From an uncultured Gemmatimonadales bacterium (lineage in GTDB: Bacteria > Gemmatimonadota > Gemmatimonadetes > Gemmatimonadales > GWC2-71-9): a stretch of DNA of 64,000 nt. Below are positions 59,330 through 64,000 of this stretch, piece by piece. Each line of letters opens with the position of its first letter. Positions within the stretch are counted from its first letter, which is position 1. Location of the stretch: assembly GCA_963798915.1 (NCBI GenBank), contig CAWCVB010000002.1, forward strand, positions 704,001 to 768,000, read 5' to 3'. Made by a program: the position numbers and the translations under genes. The notes under the pieces were generated by a model. It searched no databases. It was not told the DNA's origin and saw nothing but the letters and a program-made list of their open reading frames with translations.

Positions 59330-60072
59330 AGGCGCACGACTGGTTCATGGAACACCTGAGTGACTACGTCACCCGCGGCCTGGATGCGGATGACGAGGCA
59401 CTGTTCCGCGACCATCTGGCCCGGTGCGCCGAGTGTCGCCAGGCGGTGGCAACGTTGGAGCGCGAGCTCGCCTATCTGCCGATGGGCGTGACGCCGGTGG
59501 CGCCGAGGCCGGGATTCACCCAGCGAGTGGTGGCGGAGGCGACCGGGGCGCGCCGGCGGCGGGTTGGCTGGTTCATCCCCACTGTTGCGGCGGCGAGCAT
59601 TCTCCTGGCGCTGGCGACGTGGTGGACCGGCCGTACGCGGGTGGCGCAAGTGGAGCAGCGACTGGCTGCGATGCAGGATACCCTGGGTGCTGCGCGCGAT
59701 ACCCTGGCGGCGGCGCAAGACACGCTGGGCGTACTGCGCGAGGCCAACCGCATTGTCCAGGCCAGCATCGAGATGCACGGCCAGAAGGGCGGCATTGTCA
59801 TCTTTGCCGACGAGAAGACCCATCGGTGGAGGGTGGTGGTGCATGGTTTGCCCGCCGCGCCCGAGGGGGAGCGCTATGCGTTCTGGTTCGTCACCGGCGA
59901 CGGGATGGTGCGGGGGCCCGACATTGCGGTGAGCCTGGACCAGCCCGCCAGCATGATGCTCGACATGCCGCCCGGCGCTCGGCTCATCAAGGGGGGCGCG
60001 CTCACCATGGAACCGATGCACGGCGACAATACCAGGCCCCGCGGTCCGGAGCTGGCACACCTCGAGTTGTAG
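59326..60072 (+). CDS. anti-sigma factor (zinc finger + RskA-like)
   Basis: HLARCAEC ZAS motif, one TM, LPAAPEGERYAFW, ALTMEP; ATGA coupled. Confidence 0.9.
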   Translation: MKAHDWFMEHLSDYVTRGLDADDEALFRDHLARCAECRQAVATLERELAYLPMGVTPVAPRPGFTQRVVAEATGARRRRVGWFIPTVAAASILLALATWWTGRTRVAQVEQRLAAMQDTLGAARDTLAAAQDTLGVLREANRIVQASIEMHGQKGGIVIFADEKTHRWRVVVHGLPAAPEGERYAFWFVTGDGMVRGPDIAVSLDQPASMMLDMPPGARLIKGGALTMEPMHGDNTRPRGPELAHLEL

Positions 60073-60078
60073 CCGGAG

Positions 60079-60104
60079 AGATCCACTCACGCGTTCAGGT
60101 CGTT
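60079..60104 (+). promoter_or_regulatory. putative ECF-sigma promoter (copy 2)
   Basis: AGATCC-N16-CGTT upstream of the beta-propeller gene. Confidence 0.6.
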
Positions 60105-60136
60105 TCCCGGTTGAACCTCAAACCGGAGACGACGTC

Positions 60137-61276
60137 ATGAAATTCCTGCAGGCCTTCATTCCGATTTCCCTTCTGGCCGTGGCGGCGTGCGCCGACGGCA
60201 GCTCACCCGTGGCTCCCAACGCAGCGGTGGTGGCATCCAGCGCGGCGGCCAATGGTAGCGGTGCGGGCGCGATCTACGTTCAGACCAACGACGCCAGTGG
60301 CAACGCGGTCGTCCGCTTTGCGCGACGCGCCGATGGCTCGCTCGACGATGGCACGTCATTCACCACGGGAGGCGAGGGCACGGGCGCGAGCCTCGGCAAC
60401 CAGGGTGCGGTCGCGCTGGGTCGAGGCGGACAACTGCTCTATGTCGTCAACGCGGGCAGTGATGACGTGAGTGGATTCCGGGTGGGTGCCAAGGGACTGG
60501 AACTGATCGGCACGTGGCCCTCGGGCGGCGACCTGCCGATTTCGCTTGCGTTCACCGGCGACCGGCTCTACGTGCTGCATGATGGCGCGGGTAGCACCAT
60601 CACGGGATTCGATGTTTCGCCGCTTGGCGAGCTGAGTGCCATCGCGGGAGCATCGCGCACGCTGCCGGATGCTGCGCCGGACGCCGCCGAGATCGCGGCG
60701 TCGCCGGACGGGAGCAAGCTGGTGGTGACGGAGAAGGCATTCAGTCGCATCGTCACCTATCCGGTGCAGGCGGATGGATCGCTTGGTGATCCGGTTTCCA
60801 CTGCATCGAATGGCTCGACGCCGTTCGGGTTCGCATTCGGCAAGGATGGCAGCCTGATCGTGAGTGAGGCGGCGGGCGGGCCGGCGGGCAGCAGCGCCGT
60901 CTCCGGCTACGCGGCCGACGGCCTGGCATGGGACGTCGTGAGCCCGAGCGTCACCAGTGGGCAGAACGCGGCCTGCTGGGTGGCGGTGAGTCCCAATGGA
61001 CACTTTGCCTATGCCACCAACGCCGCCTCGGCGACGCTGTCGGGATTCGCGGTGGGGCGGAGCGGGGCGCTCGCGGGGCTGACCGGCAGCGGCGGCACCA
61101 CAGCCACCGCGGCGACGCCGCTGGACCTGGCTTTCAGCCGGAACGGGCAGTTTGTCTACGTCCTGAATGCGGGGGCCCAAGTGGTGACTTCGTACCGGGT
61201 TGGGAGCGATGGCGCACTGGCTCCGCTGGGTGAAACACCGGTGCCGGCGGGGGCCAACGGCCTGGCGGCGGAGTAG
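60137..61276 (+). CDS. lactonase-family beta-propeller lipoprotein
   Basis: Lipobox VAAC, LYVVNAGSD, PFGFAF, AACWV, FVYVLN. Confidence 0.88.
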   Translation: MKFLQAFIPISLLAVAACADGSSPVAPNAAVVASSAAANGSGAGAIYVQTNDASGNAVVRFARRADGSLDDGTSFTTGGEGTGASLGNQGAVALGRGGQLLYVVNAGSDDVSGFRVGAKGLELIGTWPSGGDLPISLAFTGDRLYVLHDGAGSTITGFDVSPLGELSAIAGASRTLPDAAPDAAEIAASPDGSKLVVTEKAFSRIVTYPVQADGSLGDPVSTASNGSTPFGFAFGKDGSLIVSEAAGGPAGSSAVSGYAADGLAWDVVSPSVTSGQNAACWVAVSPNGHFAYATNAASATLSGFAVGRSGALAGLTGSGGTTATAATPLDLAFSRNGQFVYVLNAGAQVVTSYRVGSDGALAPLGETPVPAGANGLAAE

Positions 61277-61329
61277 CTGGGAAAGGTTGCCAGTGGGGGT
61301 GTCGCGTGGCTACATTTTGCCGCTCTCGC

Positions 61330-61402
61330 TGCCCCTTGGTGTAACTGGCAACACGCCTGACTCTGGATCAGGAGAGTCCTGGTTCGAGCCCAGGAGGGGC
61401 AA
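61330..61402 (+). tRNA. tRNA-Gln(CTG), CCA not encoded
   Basis: TGCCCCT/AGGGGCA acceptor, CCTGA-ctCTGga-TCAGG anticodon arm, GTTCGAG T-loop. Confidence 0.97.
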
Positions 61403-61432
61403 CTGGCCGGCGCGCTCTGCGCCGGCCGTCGT

Positions 61433-61645
61433 TCAGTCAGGCTCGTCCTTCGGCCGCTGCGCGGCCTGCGGATCGAGCTCAGGAGGGGCAATGCCCGGCG
61501 CAACAGCGTCGGGCATTTGTTTTTGGGCAGTGAGAAAGTGGTGGCCTTTGACTGCACGTCCCGTGTCAGCGGAGACCTCGGTGCCGCGCTCAAAGAGTGC
61601 CGATTGCTCCACGAGCTGGTCTTCCGTGAGCCGATGCGGTCTCAC
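61433..61645 (-). pseudogene. 70-aa ORF, possible type I restriction HsdR N-terminal remnant
   Basis: GTGA overlap with the fic stop; begins RPHRLTEDQLVEQSALFE, then loses resemblance. Confidence 0.35.
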
Positions 61646-62808
61646 ACTCCCGTCCCGCGATTCAAGATTTCCAGTTGCCTGACATAGGTGTACAGTCGGT
61701 CGCGGCGGCGGCCGGTGCTCTCGGTCACAATCCCGAGCACTCGCAGCCGTTCCAGGGCCGCCTTGGCCGTGGGCCAGGTGACGCCAGTTTCCCTCGCCAC
61801 CCCTGGAATCGAGACTACGATGCGGCGGCGGAGTACGTCGTACACCAGTAGCGCGCTGCCTGCGGCGCGGCCGAGTCCCTGCACCAAGGTCCGGTCGTGA
61901 TCGAAGAGGGCGACCAGGGCCGTCACGGTGTCGGCTGCCTGATTGGCCACCACCTCCACGCCGATCAGGAAGAAGCGGAGCCAGCCCTCCCAATCGCCGT
62001 GGGTGCGGAGTCGCTGCAAGGCATCGTAGTAGTCGCCCCGATGCTCCCGGAAGTACAGACTCAGGTAGAGGAACGGCTGGGACAGCACGCCATCGAGGAC
62101 CAGCATGAGGCTCACAAGGAGGCGCCCGACCCTTCCGTTTCCGTCCAGGAACGGGTGGATGGTTTCGAACTGAGCGTGCGCCATGCCGGCCTTGATGATG
62201 GGTGGGGTGACGCCGTATTCGTCGTGGAGGAAGCGCTCGAGGTTGTCGAGTGCGCCGAGCATCTCGTGCGGCGGCGGCGGCACATAGCGCGCATTCCCCG
62301 GCCGAGTGCCACCCACCCAGTTCTGGGTGCGGCGGAACTCCCCGGGCGCCTGAGCGCCGCCCCGCCCGCTCTTCATCAGCACCTTGTGCATTTCGCGGAC
62401 GAGCCGGAGCGAAAGAGGCAGCCTCCCGGAACGAATGCGCCCGACGCCGTGCCGGAGCGCATCGACGTAGCGGGACACCTCCCGCACTTCGTTCACCGGA
62501 GTGCCGGGCGCCGCGTCAGCCTCGAAGCGGAGCAGGTCGGAGAGAGTGGACCGAGTTCCCTCGATGGCGCTGGAGAGCACCGCCTCCTTCCGCACGTACA
62601 TATAGAGCAGTCGGTCCGGTTCCAGCGAGGCCGACACCCCGTCCAGCCGTCCCAGCGCCCGCCCTGCCGCTTCACTCAGCCGCTGGAGCTCCGGGCTGAA
62701 CTTGAGCGGAGGAGCCGGTGGCAGCGGGGCGGGGATGAAGGCGGAGAAGCCCTGAGGCCCGGCCTGCTGGCGAACCCAGCGTCCTGCACGGGTGGATCTG
62801 GACGGCAT
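61642..62808 (-). CDS. Fic family protein (class II, N-terminal inhibitory motif, C-terminal HTH-like)
   Basis: EAVLSSAIEG, PGEFRRTQNW, HPFLDGNGRVGR. Confidence 0.93.
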   Translation of the reverse strand: MPSRSTRAGRWVRQQAGPQGFSAFIPAPLPPAPPLKFSPELQRLSEAAGRALGRLDGVSASLEPDRLLYMYVRKEAVLSSAIEGTRSTLSDLLRFEADAAPGTPVNEVREVSRYVDALRHGVGRIRSGRLPLSLRLVREMHKVLMKSGRGGAQAPGEFRRTQNWVGGTRPGNARYVPPPPHEMLGALDNLERFLHDEYGVTPPIIKAGMAHAQFETIHPFLDGNGRVGRLLVSLMLVLDGVLSQPFLYLSLYFREHRGDYYDALQRLRTHGDWEGWLRFFLIGVEVVANQAADTVTALVALFDHDRTLVQGLGRAAGSALLVYDVLRRRIVVSIPGVARETGVTWPTAKAALERLRVLGIVTESTGRRRDRLYTYVRQLEILNRGTGV

Positions 62809-62820
62809 GCCGGTGTCCAC

Positions 62821-62849
62821 CTTTTGATAGAGGGTGTCACTATCAAAAG
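62821..62849. promoter_or_regulatory. AT-rich operator-like palindrome upstream of fic
   Basis: CTTTTGATAG-N9-CTATCAAAAG perfect 10 bp IR; third TTTGATA half-site near 62864. Confidence 0.6.
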
Positions 62850-63184
62850 TTAAATCATTTCGCTTTGATAACAAGAGTCGCGGTCAAAGGCACGGTGCGA
62901 CACTTCGTCGTTTCCCAGAGGATGAACTGCCGGACATTGGCGGGCCTTCAGATCAAACCGGGCCTCTCCCGAGCGGAGCGATGGAAGCGGCGATCGCTGC
63001 AACAACGCCCCCGCCACCGACCTCTTTAGGGCCTCGTGCGGGTTGCCTTCCCGGGCGTCACGATCCATGTTCTACCAGCGAGGGGTGGGCCCCCATCCCT
63101 CACTTCCCTGTTCACGAGAGTTCGCCGCGCGACCCGACACGGCACTCTGCCCAGGTGGAGGATCACTCCCACGCCTCCGAGTTC

Positions 63185-63745
63185 ATGCGTCCCCCCACGC
63201 ACGACCTGATTCCATCCAGCGAGCTCCTGACCGGGCGGCGGGACAGTCTGGACCGTCTCATGCCCGCGGTCTATGACGAGCTCCGGGCCATCGCTCGGCG
63301 GCAGCTCGCCAGGCGCGGCGAGGATGGGATGCTGTCCACGACCGGCCTGGTGCACGAGGCCTACCTCAAGCTGGTCGACCAATCACGCGTTGCCTGGCGG
63401 GATCGCTCCCATTTCTTCGCGCTGGCCTCGGTGGCGATGCGGCATGTCCTGGTGGATCGCGCCCGTGCCCGGCTGGCCCAGAAACGGGAGGGAGGGCTGC
63501 ACCGCATCACCCTCGACAGCGAACTCATCGCGGCGCCGGACCAGCCGGACGCGTTACTGCAGTTGAGCGACGCGATCGAAGGGCTCGCTCATGTCGAACC
63601 CCGGCTGGCCCGGGTGGTGGACTGCCGGTTCTTCGGGGGAATGAGTGACACCGAGATCGCCGAGGCGCTCGAGGTCACCCCGCGCACGGTGCAACGGGAT
63701 TGGGTCAAGGCGCGCATGCTGCTTCGCCGGGCGCTGGCGTCGTGA
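63185..63745 (+). CDS. ECF sigma factor of the Ser/Thr-kinase-associated type
   Basis: VYDELRAIARRQL, TTGLVHEAYLKL, MRHVLVDRAR, RFFGG, RTVQRDW..AR. Confidence 0.93.
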   Translation: MRPPTHDLIPSSELLTGRRDSLDRLMPAVYDELRAIARRQLARRGEDGMLSTTGLVHEAYLKLVDQSRVAWRDRSHFFALASVAMRHVLVDRARARLAQKREGGLHRITLDSELIAAPDQPDALLQLSDAIEGLAHVEPRLARVVDCRFFGGMSDTEIAEALEVTPRTVQRDWVKARMLLRRALAS

Positions 63746-64000
63746 CGACGCCCGGCTCGGACCCATCCGGCGGGAGCGATCCGATGCTCCCACCCGACTG
63801 GGCGGAGCTGGCGCCGCTGCTCGACGCCGTGCTGGATGCGGCGCCGGAGGAGCGGGCGGCGCTCATCACCCAGCTCTCCCAGGGGGACCGGGCCCGCGAG
63901 GAAATGCTCGCTCGCCTCGTGGCCGACTGTGAGCGCGACACGCCGCTGCTTGATGGAGTGGCCGCGGAGCGATTCGATACCCTCGCCTCGGAAGCCGCGA
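63742..64000 (+). CDS. probable Ser/Thr protein kinase, N-terminus only (3' partial)
   Basis: Open frame W..L..LLDAVLDAAPEERAALI...D, typical of kinases following this ECF group; kinase domain lies outside the window. Start at 63742 or 63784. Confidence 0.65.
   Translation, partial: MTTPGSDPSGGSDPMLPPDWAELAPLLDAVLDAAPEERAALITQLSQGDRAREEMLARLVADCERDTPLLDGVAAERFDTLASEAA

Noticed and set aside
58547..61402. Genomic island bounded by the two tRNAs
   Set aside because: No integrase, direct repeats or evident compositional shift; content is an ordinary ECF module.

Overview
High-GC bacterial chromosome segment. Gene content (DUF4384 protein, RCC1-repeat lipoproteins, ECF sigma/Ser-Thr kinase pair, HEAT-cyclophilin) suggests Gemmatimonadota; this is inference. 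It holds about 50 CDSs, tRNA-Ala(CGC) and tRNA-Gln(CTG). Recognisable modules are pit/DUF47/HAD, cusCBA-like efflux, mntR-mntH, crcB/DUF190, nadE, mutY, mlaEFD, rnz and a SigK/RskA-like pair. Several conserved genes carry single-base frameshifts that look like long-read indel errors. No CRISPR, integrase, transposase, reverse transcriptase or rRNA was seen. Main leads: (1) a Cys/His/Met-rich leader ORF ending in PLPPPPQA whose stop codon is followed by an anti-Shine-Dalgarno that pairs with the cusC-like RBS, a candidate metal-sensing ribosome-stalling switch on an RND pump; (2) a large N6-MTase plus SNF2 helicase pair with no visible nuclease; (3) pervasive 7-9 bp tandem repeats, including two 9-unit (63 bp) in-frame arrays inside genes and a 26-unit G-tract array; (4) 20-21 bp divergent spacers that look like bidirectional leaderless promoters; (5) an orphan TPR-hydrolase plus TPR-barrel module.
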